Part shown: positions 17,181-31,867 of the stretch, piece after piece
How the letters are laid out: every line of letters begins with the position of its first letter
Numbering within the stretch: the stretch's first letter is position 1
DNA from: the human T2T-CHM13v2.0 reference genome, Homo sapiens
Reading direction: 5' to 3' (one strand)
Assembly: GCF_009914755.1 (NCBI RefSeq)
Contig: NC_060947.1
Length of the DNA: 64,000 nt
Position numbers and translations under genes: made by a program
Notes under the pieces: model-generated
What the model was told of the DNA's origin: nothing
What the model saw: only the letters and a program-made list of their open reading frames with translations
Databases searched by the model: none

Positions 17181-17316
17181 TTAGCATTAAAAAAACTCCC
17201 AACAAAGAAAATTCAGGACCAGATGGCCTCACTGGTAAATTACATCACACATTTAATAAATTATCACCAATATTTCTCAAAATCTTCTAAAAATTAGAAG
17301 AGGAGAGATACTTCTT

Positions 17317-18914
<1,598 letters not shown>

Positions 18915-19879
18915 TAAGTATAAATGCAAAAGTCCTCAATAAAATACTATCAAACTGAATTCAACATCATATTAAAATAATTATACACTACGGACAAGTG
19001 GCATATATTCCAGAAATGTAAGATTATTTCAACATAAGAAAATCCATCAATGTAACAGCACATTCATGGAATGAAAGGGGAAACAAACCATGATTCTCTC
19101 AATTGACACAAAAAAAAATCACTTGAAAAATCTGACATTCTTTCATGATAAAAACACTCAGAAATCTATTAAAACAAGTGGACTTCCTCAACATGACAAA
19201 GGGTATATACAAAAAAACCCACTGGTGACATCATACTCAATGGTTAAAGACTAAAACGTTTTCCTCTATGATCAACAACCCTACAAAGATGTCACTGTAA
19301 CAAATACCTATTCTATATTTTCCTGAAAGTTCTAGCCAAAACAATTAGAAAAGAAATAAAAGGCATCCCAATTGAAAAGAAAGAAGGAAAGCTCTTTTCA
19401 TGAATGACCCAACCTATATATGTTGGGTCATTCATTAACCAAAATAATTTAAAAAGGATACTAGAGTAAAGCAACAAATTCTTCATAGTTGAACAGAACA
19501 AGATCAACATAAAAATCGCTTATGTTCATGGAAATCAATCAACAATCCAAAAATACTAAGAAACATTAAGAAGCAATGTCAATAAAAAATAATTAAAATA
19601 CCAGGAAATAAACTGAAGAAAAGAGCTAAAATGCTTGCACATTGAAATCAATAAACCATTGATTAAAAAATAAAGAAAATCTAAATAAATGCAAAGACGT
19701 GATGATCATGGAAAACTTAATATTGTGAATAAGGCAATACCACCCAAAGTGATGTACAGATTCAATGCAATATACCAAATATACTTTTTATTTTACTGTA
19801 AATGATCAATTTATAGTTTTACATATTTATAGAATAGAAAGTGATTCCCTACCAAAATTTTAACAAGAAATTAACAGCT

Positions 19880-21040
19880 TTTCTTCATGTTATCCTATCA
19901 CTATCCCACTCAGTCCAAGCTGAAAATTATTCTACTGATAAAACTCTATCTCCATACCTAGCTTCTGCTGAGATGGCTGAATGGATCCATAAATCACAAG
20001 CCCATAATCCTTTAAACACCACATACACTCCCTTAGTCCACCCTCCGGCATATACTTTCTCATGTTTTGCCATACGTATAGACTGAGCATTTCCCAAATC
20101 TTCATATTTTTGTTCTCTTTTTGTAACAATACAACCTTCACTTTGTCTTTCTCCTCTTGCATTTTACTAAGCAACAAGGAGAAATGAGAACATCCATTCA
20201 ATGCTTTGCTTAAAAAATTTCTCAGATCAATATTAAAGTTCATCACTTACAAATTCTATCTTCCACAAAACAATAGAACAAATTGGGAAATATTTGTAGA
20301 AACTTTAAAACAAGAAACACCTTTCCTGCAGTTTCCAATAGCATGTTCCTCATTTCTATCTGATGTCACCAGTAACACTTTAGAATTCATATTTCTACTG
20401 ACATGATGTTCATGACTATATATATACATATATGAATATATGTATATATGTAATAGCCTTCTCTAAAGCTCTTCTCTTTTTTTTTTTTTGAAACCTCACC
20501 AGAGTCACTGTTGAAGACCACATTTCTACCAAATAACTCTTCAAGACAATCTAGGCTTTTGTAATGTGCACCTCAGAATTACATCAACCTTTACCATTAT
20601 CTAGTTTCAAAGCCACTTCCGTATTTGTAGATATTTTCTTTAGCACCCCCCTTCAATTTCTGGAACAAAATTCTGTATTAGTTTGCTATGTGTACCATAT
20701 CAAATATTCAGAAATTTATATTTTTACAGTTCTATTATAGAAGACTAGATACCCAAAATTAAGGTGCCAGGAGGGTTGATCTATTTTGAGGCCTCTTTCC
20801 TTGGCTTGTAGATGGCCACTTTGTCCGTGTCTTTAAGTGGCAATTTCCCTGTGCATTTCTGTGTCTTAAACTCCTTTTCTTAAAAGGACATCAGTCATAT
20901 TGAATTAGGACCCACCCCAATGACTTCATTTTACCTTAATTATGTCTTTAAAGAGCTTATCTTCAAATACAATCTGAGATACTAAAGAGCAGGACTTCCT
21001 TAACATATAAATCATGGGGAGACACCATACTTCGCATAAA
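19880..21040 (-). mobile_element. MLT1B-like LTR (~20674-21040) with adjoining MaLR internal sequence (~19880-20673)
   Basis: Internal/LTR junction 'caaaattctgtattagtt'; LTR motifs 'gaggcctctttccttggcttgtagatggcc', 'aaggacatcagtcatattg'. Confidence 0.75.
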
Positions 21041-21044
21041 AAAT

Positions 21045-21950
21045 GGTATCTCCCATTCTGTGAATTGTCTTTTCACTATTTTGATAGTGTCTCTTAATGC
21101 AGAAAAGCTTTGAATTTTCACAAACCTTTTTCTTTTGTTGCATGTTCTTTTTGTGTCATATCCAAAAATCATTGTATATCTAATATCATGAATCTTTTTC
21201 TGTGTTCTTATAAAAGTTTCATAGTTTTAGTTCTTACATTCAAGTCTTTAGATTGATTTTTAAGTAAATTTTTGTATATGGCTTAAGGTAAGAATACACT
21301 GTTCTTTCTCCACTTAATTGTATAAGGATATTTGGAGAAAACCTTTTGATTGATTATATATGTGAGGGTGTATTTCTGGACTCTCTATTTTAATCTATTG
21401 TTATTTATGCTTGTCTTTATTCAAGTACTACATTGTTTTGATTACCACACATTTGTAGGAAATCCAAAGTAAGAAAGTGTAAGTCCTCCAACTTTTAAAT
21501 TGCATTACAACTTTTTTGGCCATTATTGGTTTTTAGAGTTTCCATGTTTAGGATATGGAATTTCACCTAAATTAGGATTCCACTTTAGGATAAGTTTTGG
21601 TATTTCTGATAAAAAAGTAATTGCAATATTGACTGGGATTGCATCTGTAATCTTAATAACATTAAGTCTTCTAATCTGAAAACATGAGACATCTTTCTAT
21701 TAATTTACATCTTCCTTAATTTTTTCAAAATTTTTTAGTTTACAGTGTATAAGTCTTATTTCTCCTTGACAATTTAAAAAAATTGTAGAGAAGGAATCTT
21801 TCTTTACTGGCCCAGCTGGTTTTGAACTCCTGGGCTCCTGTGATCCTTCTGCCTCAGCCTGCAAAAGTGAAAACTGCCTCAACCTCCCAAAGTGAAGGCA
21901 TGAGCCACCATGCCTGGCCAAGATTTGTTCTTTACTAAATTTATTGAAAA
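21045..21950 (-). mobile_element. Ancient L1M ORF2 3' region, with an Alu monomer/FLAM-like fragment at ~21780-21920; probably continues at 29576-29715, 31648-31867, 33172-34515 and 39800-41245
   Basis: ORF 20963-21172 resembles degraded ORF2; pieces are collinear on the minus strand. Confidence 0.7.
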
Positions 21951-22893
21951 AAGGCTTGTCCACATCTCCTTGGATTCATTATAAGGTACGAGAGTCTTTC
22001 CCCTTGGCAATTTCTGTTTTTTTTGTTAACCATTATTTTAGGTTGAGGTGTACATGTGCAGGTTTGTTACATAGGTCTGTCACAGGGGTTTGGCATACAG
22101 GTTATTTTTTCATCCAGGTAATAACTATAGTGTACAGTAGGATCTTGATCTTCACACTCCTCCCACTCCCCACCCTCAAGTAGGCCCTGGTGTCTGTCAT
22201 ACCCTTCATTGTGTGCATGAGTACACAGTGTTTAGCTCTCATTTATAAACGACAACATGAGATGTTTGGTTTTCTGTTCCTGTGTTACTTCACATAGAAT
22301 AATGGTCTCCGACTTCATCCATGCTGCTGCAAAGGACATAATTTTGTTACTTTTTATGGCTGCATAGTATTCCATGGTGCACATGTGCAACATTTTCTTT
22401 GTGGCCCCAGTGTCTGTTGTTCCCCCCGTATCTCCATGAGTTCTCATCATTTAGCTCCCACTTATAAGTGATAATATGCGGTATTTGGTTTTCTGTACCT
22501 GCATTTGTTTGCTAAGGATAATAGCCTCCAGCTCCATCCATGTTCCTGGAAATGACATGGTCTCATTTTTTATGGCTGCATAGTATTCCATGGTGTATAT
22601 ATACCATATTTTCTTTATCCAGTCTACTGTTGATGGGCATTTAGGTTGATTCCATGTCTTTGCTATTGTGTACAGCGCTGCAATGAATATACACATGCAT
22701 GTGTCCTTATGGTAGAACAATTTATATTCCTTTGAGTATATACCCAATGATGAGATTGCTGGATCAAATCACAATTCTCAAAGGGAATACTTCCAGCTTT
22801 TCATTCAGAAATTGCCAAATTGCTTTCCACAATGGCTGAACAAATTTACATTCCCAACAGTAGTAAATAAGCATTTCCTTTCTGTCACAATCT

Positions 22894-24062
22894 CTGTGGC
22901 CAAACTGTGGCCAAACTGTAACCAAACTCTGACCAAACTGTAGTTAACTGGTGCAGTTTGCTGAGCATGTTTTATAAAGGAAAGGAAATGCCAAAACCCT
23001 GGTAAAGTTGTTCCATTGCAGCCTAAGAGAACAAAGATTTATTTCTCATCACTTACATCAGGCAGATAAAAATTAGTTTCCCTCCCCTACCTGAAGCACT
23101 TCATCAGTAGAAATAGCCTGATAAATAACTAGACAGTCTTTGCACTCAAGAGATTCCACAAAATGTAATGCAATAATGGAAAGGTTTACCTTCTTTAGCT
23201 TCAAAGTTGGAGGGTTTTGGTCATTTTAATTTTATATCAAACTAGTGCTTTTCAGCCACAGTATCTTCACTCTGAGATAAGAAGTTTTCTTCACAATGTA
23301 TTTTTAATATCCTCATGTTCAGTTTTAAGACAAAACAACTTTAATACTAGGTGCACACCACATGACCTTCCTGCAAACTGCTTTTCTTGACAAGTTATGA
23401 AGTAGTTCAAGGAGGTATGGTTAAGGCTGTATTACTGAATGGTGCTGGTAAATACTACACAATTTTTTTTTGTCATGTTGCAACCTTTTGTTTCCAATTT
23501 AGTGACTGCTACTATGAAATCAGATAACTACAATGACAACATTATTAGGTTTTGAACTATGATTTAGTAGCAACTTAGGTTCCCAGTTTTAACCCCTTGG
23601 CAGCAAGATCCAAGTTCCCTCATTTGCACATTAGCACCTAAGTGTCAAGGGATTAAATAACCAGCACAAAAGATACTGCACTTCTGATTGCAGCATTTGG
23701 CAGAACTGAAAGGAAAGGAAGTTGTGCTACATGTTCAAGGGATTGTGGGCAACATAAAGATGACACCAAGAAAGATAAAATGTCACATGAAGTCTTCATA
23801 ATCTTGTACATATCCTCCATCATAACCACCATAATCTGCCGGATCATCTTTCATGGTGGCTTTTAATCCTCCTCCAGGAACCACACCTTTCTTCTTTTCT
23901 GCTGTGCTTTGCTTTTCTTGCTTCTGTTTTTCATTGCAAAGCACTGTCAGTGAATTGGCAATTTTTTTCAAGTCATCAATTTCCAAGGAAATACACACAT
24001 CTCAAACTAAGACTTCCAAAAAACTGGCATAATATAGTGACTTTTCATTTTGTGTAATTTTT
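22894..24062 (-). pseudogene. EIF3J: EIF3J processed pseudogene fragment: C-terminal CDS (23783-24062) plus ~890 nt of presumed 3'UTR
   Basis: Translation CISLEIDDLKKIANSLTVLCNEKQKQEKQS..KKKGVVPGGGLKATMKDDPADYGGYDGGYVQDYEDFM* matches the eIF3j C-terminus. Upstream residues KSLYYASFLEVLV are followed by an in-frame TGA. Intronless. The symbol given is the parent gene. Confidence 0.95.
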
Positions 24063-27000
24063 GACTTTTTGGTAATAACCATACTGACTGGTGTGAGATG
24101 TTATATTATTGTGATTTTGATTTGCATTTCTTGAATTAGTGGTGTTCAGCATTTTTTCATAGGCTTGTTGGACACATGTATATCTTCTTTTGAAAAGTCT
24201 CTGTTCATGTTTTTTGCCTAATTTTTAATAGGGTTGTTTTTGCTTCTTAATTTGTTTAAGTTTCTTACAGATTCTGGATATTACACCTTTGAAGTATAGA
24301 TTGCAAATATTTTCTCCCATTCTGTAGGTTGTCTGTTTATTCTGTTGATAGCTTCTATTGCTGTGCAAAAGCTTTTTGGTTTAATTAAGTTCCCTTTATC
24401 AACTTTTGCTTTCCTTGCAATTGTTTTTGCTGTCTTCATCATGAAATCTTTGCCAGCACCTATGTCCTGAATAGTATTTCCCAGGTTATCTTCCAGGGTA
24501 TTGATAGTTTTAGGTTTTACGTTTAATGTAAAGGCTTTAATGCATCTGGAGTTGATTTTTGTATATGGTGAAATGAAGGGGTACAGTTTAAATCTTCTGC
24601 ATATGGGAAGCCAGTTATTCTAGCACCATTTACTGCACAGGGAGTCTTTCCTCACTGCTTGTTTTAATCAGCTTTGTCAAAGATCAAATGATTTTAACTG
24701 TGCAGAGTTATTTCAGGGCTCTCTATTCTGTTCCATTGTTCTATATGTCTGTTTTCATACCAGAACCATGCTCTTTGGGTTAGTGTAGCTTTGTAGTATA
24801 CTTTGAAGTTGGGTAATGTGATGCCTTTGGTTTTGTTGTTTTTTGCTTAGGATTGCATTGGCTATTTGGGCCCTTTTTTGGTTCCATATAAATTTTAAAA
24901 CAGAGTTTTTCTAATTTTGTGAATAATGTCATTGGTAGTTTGATAGAAATATCACCAAATCTGTAAATCTCTTTGGGCAATATAACATTTTAACAATATT
25001 GATTCTTCCCATTCATAAGCATAAAATGATTTTCCATTCATTTGTGTCATCTCTGATTGCTTTCAGCAGTGTTTCGTAATTCACCTTGTAGGGATCTTTC
25101 ACTTCCCTGGTTAGCTGTATTCATAGGTATTTTATTCTTATAGTGGCTATTAGCAATGGGATTTAATTCTTGATTTAGCTCTCAGCTTGCATGTTAGTGA
25201 TGTATAAAAATGCTACTGATTTATGTACATTGAGTTTGCATTTTAAAACTTTGTTGAAGTATTTTTTATCTGAACTTAGGTACTTTGGGGCAGAGACTAG
25301 CAGAGATAGTTTGACTTTCTCTCTTACTATTTGGATGCCTTTTATTTCATTCTCTTGCCTGATTGTTCTGGCCAGGGCTTCCAGTATTATGTTGAACAGG
25401 AATGAGAAGAGTAGGCATTCTGGTCTTTTTCTGATTCTCAAAAGTGGTGTTTCCAGCTGTTGCCCATTCCATATAATGTTTGCTCTGACTCTTTTCGTAG
25501 ATGGCTCTTATATTTTTGAGATACGTTCTTTCAAAGCCTAGCTTGTTGAGGGTTTTTAATATGAAGGGATGTTGAACTGTGTCAAAAGTCTAGCTTGTTG
25601 ACACTTTTTTATATGAAGGGATGTTGAACAGTATCAAAAGCCTTTTCCTAATCTATTAAAATGGTCATGTGCCTTTTGTTTTTAGTTTTGTTTACAGCAT
25701 GAATCACTTTTATTGATTGGCATATGTTGAACCAACCTTGCATCCCAGGAATAAAGCCTACTTTATTGTGGTGGATTAGCTTTTTGATGTGCTGCTTGAT
25801 TCAGTTTGCTAATATTTTGTTGAGGATTTTTGCATCTATGTTCATTAAGGATATTGGTTTGCAGTTTTCTTTAGTTTTTTTGTGTATCTGCTAGGTTTTA
25901 ATATCAGAATGGCGCTAGCATTGCAGAATCAGTTAGGGAGGAGACCCCATTCCTCAATATTTTGGAATAATTTGAATAGAAATGGTACCAGCTCTTCTTT
26001 ATACATCTGGTACAATTTGGCTGTGAATCTCTCTGGTCCTGGATTTATTCTTGTTGGAATGTTTTTAACATTGATTCAATTTTGGTACTCATTATTGGCT
26101 TTTTCAGGGATTAAACTTCCTCCTGGTTCAGTCTTCACAGGTTGTATGTCTCTTGTAATATATCCATTCATTCTAGGTTTTGTAGCTTTTGTGCATAAAG
26201 TTGTTCATAGTGGTCTCTGAAGGTGTTGTATATTTCTGTCTGGTCGGTTCTAATGTCCCCTTTGGCATTTCTGATTGTGTTTATTTGGATATTCTCTTTT
26301 TGTTTCTTTATTGGTCTAGCTAATTGTATACCAATTTTATTTATTTGTTTAAAGACTCAATACTTGGATTCATTGATCTTTTGTGTAGTTTTTTTGCAAC
26401 TCAATTTTATTCCATTCAGCTCTGATTTTGGTTGTGTAGTTTCTTCTGCTATCTTTGGATTGGGTTTCTTCTTGTTTTTTCCAATTCCTCTAATTGTGAT
26501 TAGATTTTTAATTTGAGGTATTTATAACTTTTTAATGTGGGGGGTTTAACACTGCTTCAGCTGTGTCTCAGAAATTCTTGAAAGTTGCATCTTTGTTCTC
26601 ATTAGTTTCAAAGAATTTCTTGATGTTTGCATTAATTTCATTGTTTACTCAAAATCATTTAACAGGTTGTTTAATTTGCAGTGTAATTGTATGGTGTTTA
26701 GCAATCTTCCTATTCTTGATTTAGACTTATTGTGCTATGATACAAGAGTGGGGTTGGTATAATGTTGTTTATAAAAAAAATTCTGAGAATAGCTTTTTGG
26801 CCAATCAAGGGGTCAATTTTAGATTATGTGCCATGTACAGATGAGAAAAAAATTATTTCTGTTGTTTTAGGGTGGAGAGTTCTATAGATATCTGTTAGGT
26901 CCATTTGTACTAGTGTCAAGTTCAGTTCCTGAATATCTTTTTTAGTTTTCTGCCTCAGTGATTTGTCTACCACTGTCAGTAGAGTGTTGAAGTCTCCCAC

Positions 27001-28602
27001 TATTATTGTGTGGTTATCTAAGCCTCTTCATAGGTGTCTAGAAACTTGTTTTATGATTCTGGCTGCCCTTGTGTTTGGTGCATATATATTTTGGATAGTT
27101 ACATCTTCTTGTTGAATTGAACTCTTTACTGTTATGTAATGGCCTTCTTTGTCGTTTTTATTGTTGTTGGTCCAAAGTCTGTTTTGTCTGAAATTAGAAT
27201 AGTAAATCCTCTTTTTCTTTTCCATTTGCTTGGTAGATTTTTCTCTATCCCCTTACTTTGAGCCTATTAGTGTCATTGCATGTCAAATAGGTCCTTTAAA
27301 GACAGTTTACAGTTGGGTTTGGTTTTATTATCCAACTTGGCCCTCTGTTCCTTTTAATCAGGGCATTTAGCACATTTATTTCAGGATTAATATCAATATG
27401 TTTGAATTTGATCCTGTCACTATGTTGTTAGCTGGTTACTATGCAGACTCATTTGTGTAGTTGCTTTATAGTGTCAATGGTCTCTGTACTTAAGCGTGTT
27501 TTTGTGGTGGTTGGTAATAGGCTTTATTTTCCATATTTAGCACTCCCTTAAGGACTTCCTATAAGGCAGTTCTGGTGGTAACAAATTCCTTTAGCATTTT
27601 CTTATCTGAAAAGGATCTTATTTTTTGTTCACTTATGGATCTTAGTTCAGCTGGATATGAAATTTGTGGTTGAAATTTATTTTCTTTAAGAATTCTGAAT
27701 ATAGGCTGCTAATCTCTTCAGGCTTGAAGGTTTTCTGCTGAAATATACACTGTTAGCCTGATGGGGCTCCCTTTGTAGCAGACCTACACCTTCTCTATTG
27801 CTCCCTTTAATATATTTTCTTTCAATTCAAACTTGGAGAATGTAATGACTATGTGTCTTATAAATGGTCATCTTGTATAGTATCTCATAGGGCTTTGCTG
27901 TATTTCCTGAATTGGAATGTTGGCCTCTTTAGCGAGGTTGGGGAAATTTTCATAAACAATATCCTGAAATATGTTTTCTAAGTGGCTTACTTTCTGTTCC
28001 TCTCTTTCAGGGAAGCCAGTGAGTCATAGATTGGTCCCTTTACATAGTCCCATTTTTCCCAAATGTTTTGTTCATTCTTTGTTCTTGTTTTTTCTCTATT
28101 TGTGTCCGACTAATTTAATTCAGAAAACCAGTCTTCATGCTCCAAATTTCTTTGCTCATCTTAGTCTATTTTTCTGTTACTCCATATGACTGTATTATGA
28201 AATTCTTGAAGTGAGATTTTCAGCTCTATCAGATTAGTTTTTTCTTTTTTAATGGTCATTTTGTCCTTCAGCTCCTTATCATTTAATTGTATGCCTTAGA
28301 TTCCTTGGATGGAGTTTGGACTTTCTTCTGAATATTGATGATTTTTATTTCTATCCATCTTCTAAATTTTATGTCTGTCATTTCAGCCATCTCAGCCTGG
28401 GTAAAAGCCATTGCAGGGGAAGAAGTGTGGTCTTTTGGAAGTAAGAAAACACCGGCTTTTTGAGTTGCCGGAGTTCTTGTGTGGGCTGTTTCTCATCTGT
28501 TTGGGCTTATATTTGTTCAATATTTGAAGTAGCTGCCCCTTGAATGGGTTTTTTTTCCTTTTATATTCTTTGATGCCTTTGGGAGTTTGATTGTGGTATT
28601 AA

Positions 28603-29268
28603 TGTTACAGGTTGTTAGACAGGCAAGAGCAGATCACGAGGGGGCTCTCCCCCACCCACTAGGAATGTTGGATGATGTTTTGGCAATTATCACATTGCAT
28701 CTCTAAAAGTGATAAACTGGCAGCTGACACCAAGGAGAGGCCATTTTCTGAGGTTCCATACCTGTTGCAATAAAGTGTTAATTGAATGCAAGCACCAGCA
28801 GACAACAACTTCCCTGGCATGTGCATTAAGAAACAAAATGGCAGAGTATGAACTTCTGGGCACTTCACCAGAAAAGGGAAGAAAAGCTTCAGATGGGCAA
28901 GCATACAACTTCCTAAACACACTGAGTGTGCTCACTTCCCAAGGGTAAGGAGGGCACTGCACATGTGGGCAGCCGACCCTTAGGGAAGAATCATGGGAAT
29001 GGGGCCAGCCCATAAAATCCTAGCATCAGGGTTAAATGGGGAACTTGACCCAGTGTCTGCTTGAATCTCTTCCAAGCATACTTTTTTTCTTTCCTGTTCT
29101 AAAGCCTTTTAGAATGAACTTCCACTCCTGCTCTGAAACTTGCCTTGGTCTCTTTTTCTGCCTTATTCCCCTCAGTCAAATTCTTTCTTCTGAGGAGGTA
29201 AGAATTGAGGTTGCCGAAGACTCATATGGAATTGCCGCCAGTAACTCAGATACCTTCTATTGGTAACA
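28603..29268 (+). mobile_element. MER50-family ERV1 solo LTR
   Basis: TG...CA ends; 'tctctaaaagtgataaactggcagc', 'gtcaaattctttcttctgaggagg..aagaattgaggttgc'; host L1 resumes at 'taaggtgg'. Confidence 0.75.
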
Positions 29269-29715
29269 TAAGGTGGTTTCAGCTGAGTGGCTTCATTCCT
29301 GAAGTGTTTAGGGGGTTAAAGTTCAGCTCACTACTCATGGACTACATGCTACAACTCTGGGGGGCTGTTACCAGGTCCCCAAATTTGTTATCTGGCCCCT
29401 TGAAATTAGGAACCTGTTACACTGGAGGAGCCATTTGTTTCCAGTCAGCTGGCCACAACATTCCAATAGGTGGTGCTGGCCAAAGTGCTGCATCAGTGTT
29501 ATGGCAGTAGAGTCCATGCTCGCTTGTGTATGTCAGCAACTGAAGTAGTGCAGCAAAGTGCACACTTATCAGCATTTTATTGAAAATAATGTTGTTCCTT
29601 TTGAAAATATTGTAAGTGGAATTATTTTATTAATTTTTATATGTTATTTCTTGTTAGCGTATATAAATACAAATGATTTTTGTGTGTTGATTTTGTGTCC
29701 TCCATCTTTGGTGAA

Positions 29716-30425
29716 TGATGGCCCTGATGGGGTTTGGACTTGCATGGGGCATGTAGCCCCTTTCTTTTGTCTGATTTCTAGGAATGTTTACCCAGTGCTT
29801 ATATCCCCATTGTGTCTTGGAAGTAAGTGACGACTTTTTTATTTTACAGGCATATATGTGGAAAGGACTTGCCTTGTTTCAGATGAGACGTTGGACTCTT
29901 GAGTTATTATTGGAATGAGTAAAAGCATTGGGGGATTATTGGGAAGATGTGATTGCATTTTGAAGTGTGAGAAGGACATGAGATAAGGGTGGGGCCAGGG
30001 GCAGAATAATATCATTTGGATATGTGTCCCCACCAAAATATCATGTTGCAATGTAATCCCCAATGTTAGAGGTGAAGCCTGGTGAGAGGTGATCGGATAA
30101 TAAAGGAGGAATTTTTATGAATGGTTTATCATCATCACTTTGGTACAGTTCTCCTGATAATGAGTAATTTTTCATGAGATCTGGACATTTACAAGTCTGT
30201 AGTGTCTCCCCCGACTCTGTTGCTCTTACTCCCACAATGTGACATGCCTGCTCCTACTTTACCATCTGCCATGATAATAGGCTTCTTCAGGCATTCCCAG
30301 AAGCTGATGTCAGAGCTATGCTTCTTGAACAGCCTGTAGAACTGTGAGCCAACTGAACGTCTTTCTTGTTTAAATTACCCAGTCTTAGTTATTTCTCTGT
30401 AGGAATGCGATAATGATCTAATTCA
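29716..30425 (+). mobile_element. MSTA/B MaLR: 3' end of internal region plus LTR (~30008-30425)
   Basis: PPT 'ggggccaggggcagaa' followed by an LTR with 'cagcctgtagaactgtgagccaa..aaattacccagtct'. Confidence 0.85.
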
Positions 30426-30442
30426 CTAGATCATTATTGTTA

Positions 30443-31647
30443 TTGTTCAACTCCCACTTACGAGTGAGAACATGTGGTGTTTGGTTTTCTGCTGCTGTGT
30501 TAGCTTGTTGAGAATGACGGTTTCTAGCTTCACTCATGTCCCTGCAAAAGACATGAACTCATTCTCTTTTAAGGCTAGATAGTATTCCATGATGTATATG
30601 TGCCACATTTTCTTTATCCAGTCTATCATTGATGGGCATTTGGGTTTGTTCCAAGTCATTGCTATTGAAAATAGTGCTGCAATGAACACGGGTGCATGTA
30701 TCTTTACAGTAGAAAGATTTATAATCCTTTTGCTATATACCCAGTAATGGAATTGTTGAGTCAAATGGTATTTCTGGTTCTAGATCCTGGAGGAATCAAC
30801 ACACTGTCTTCCACAATGGTTGAACTAATTTACACTCCCACCAACAATGTAAAAGCATTCCTATTTCTCCACAGCCTCACTAGCTTCTGTTGTTTCCCGA
30901 CTTTTCAATGATGTCCATTCTAACTGGCGTGAGATGGTATCTCATTGTGGTTTTGATTTGCATTTCTCTAATAACCAGTGATATTGAGCTTTTTTCTTCA
31001 TATGGTTTGTTGGCCACATAAATGTCTTTGTTTGGGTAGTGTCTGTTTTATACTACAAAGCTACAGTAACCAAAACAGCATGATACTTGTACCAAAACAG
31101 ATATATAGACAAACGAAACAGAACAGAGACCTCAGAAATAACACCACCCATCTACATCCATCTGATCTTCAACAAACCTTACAAAAGCAAGCAATGGGGA
31201 AAGGATTCCCTGTTTAATAAATGCTGCTGGGAGAACTGGCTAGCCATAGGCAGAAAACAGAAACTGGATTCCTTCTTTACACCTTATACAAAAATTAACT
31301 CAAGATGGATTAAAGACTTAAAAATAAAACCCAAAACCATAAAAACCCTAGAAGAAAACCTAGGCAATACCATTCAGGACATAGGCATAGGCAAAGATTT
31401 CATGAATAAAACACCAAAAGCAATTGCAATGAAAGACAAAATTGACAAATGGGGTCTAATTAAACTAAAGAGCTTCTTCACAGCAAAAGAAACTATCATC
31501 AGAGTGAACAGGCAACCTACAGAATGGGAGAAAATTTTTGCAATCTATTTATTTGACCAATAGCTAATATCCCGAGTCTACAAAGAGCTTAAACAAATTT
31601 ACAAGAAAAAAACAGACAACCCAATCAAAAAGTGGGTGAAGGATATG
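30443..31647 (-). mobile_element. L1PA7/8-like fragment with twin-priming-type inversion (30443-31048 minus; 31049-31647 plus); 3' terminus missing
   Basis: ORF 31087-31563 (+) and 30534-30764 (-) are adjacent ORF2 segments; the breakpoints abut (…aaggatatg | aacagacact…). Confidence 0.88.
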
Positions 31648-31867
31648 CTTTTGTTTTTTCAGAAGTTTTTGATTACTGATTCTGTCTCCTTATTACTGAT
31701 ATATCCATTCATATTTTCTATCCATTATTCAGTATTTGTGAGTTGTATGTTTCTGGGAATTTATCCATTTTATCTAAGTTATCTAACTTATTGGCATACA
31801 ATTCTTCATTAAACTCTCTTATAATCCTACTTATTTTTTTCGTAGTAATGTCCCCACCTTAATTTCT

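Larger units (their letters stand above)
21951..29575 (-). mobile_element. L1PA15/16-like LINE-1, near full length (5'UTR truncated), containing the EIF3J retrocopy and a MER50-type LTR
   Basis: 3'UTR 'cccaccctcaagtaggccctggtgtctg'; ORF2 and ORF1 remnants; flanking direct repeat tttattgaaaa at 21940-21950 and 29576-29586. Confidence 0.85.

Noticed and set aside
23783-23998. EIF3J C-terminal mini-protein
   Set aside because: 5'-truncated, non-ATG start immediately after an in-frame stop, no promoter evidence
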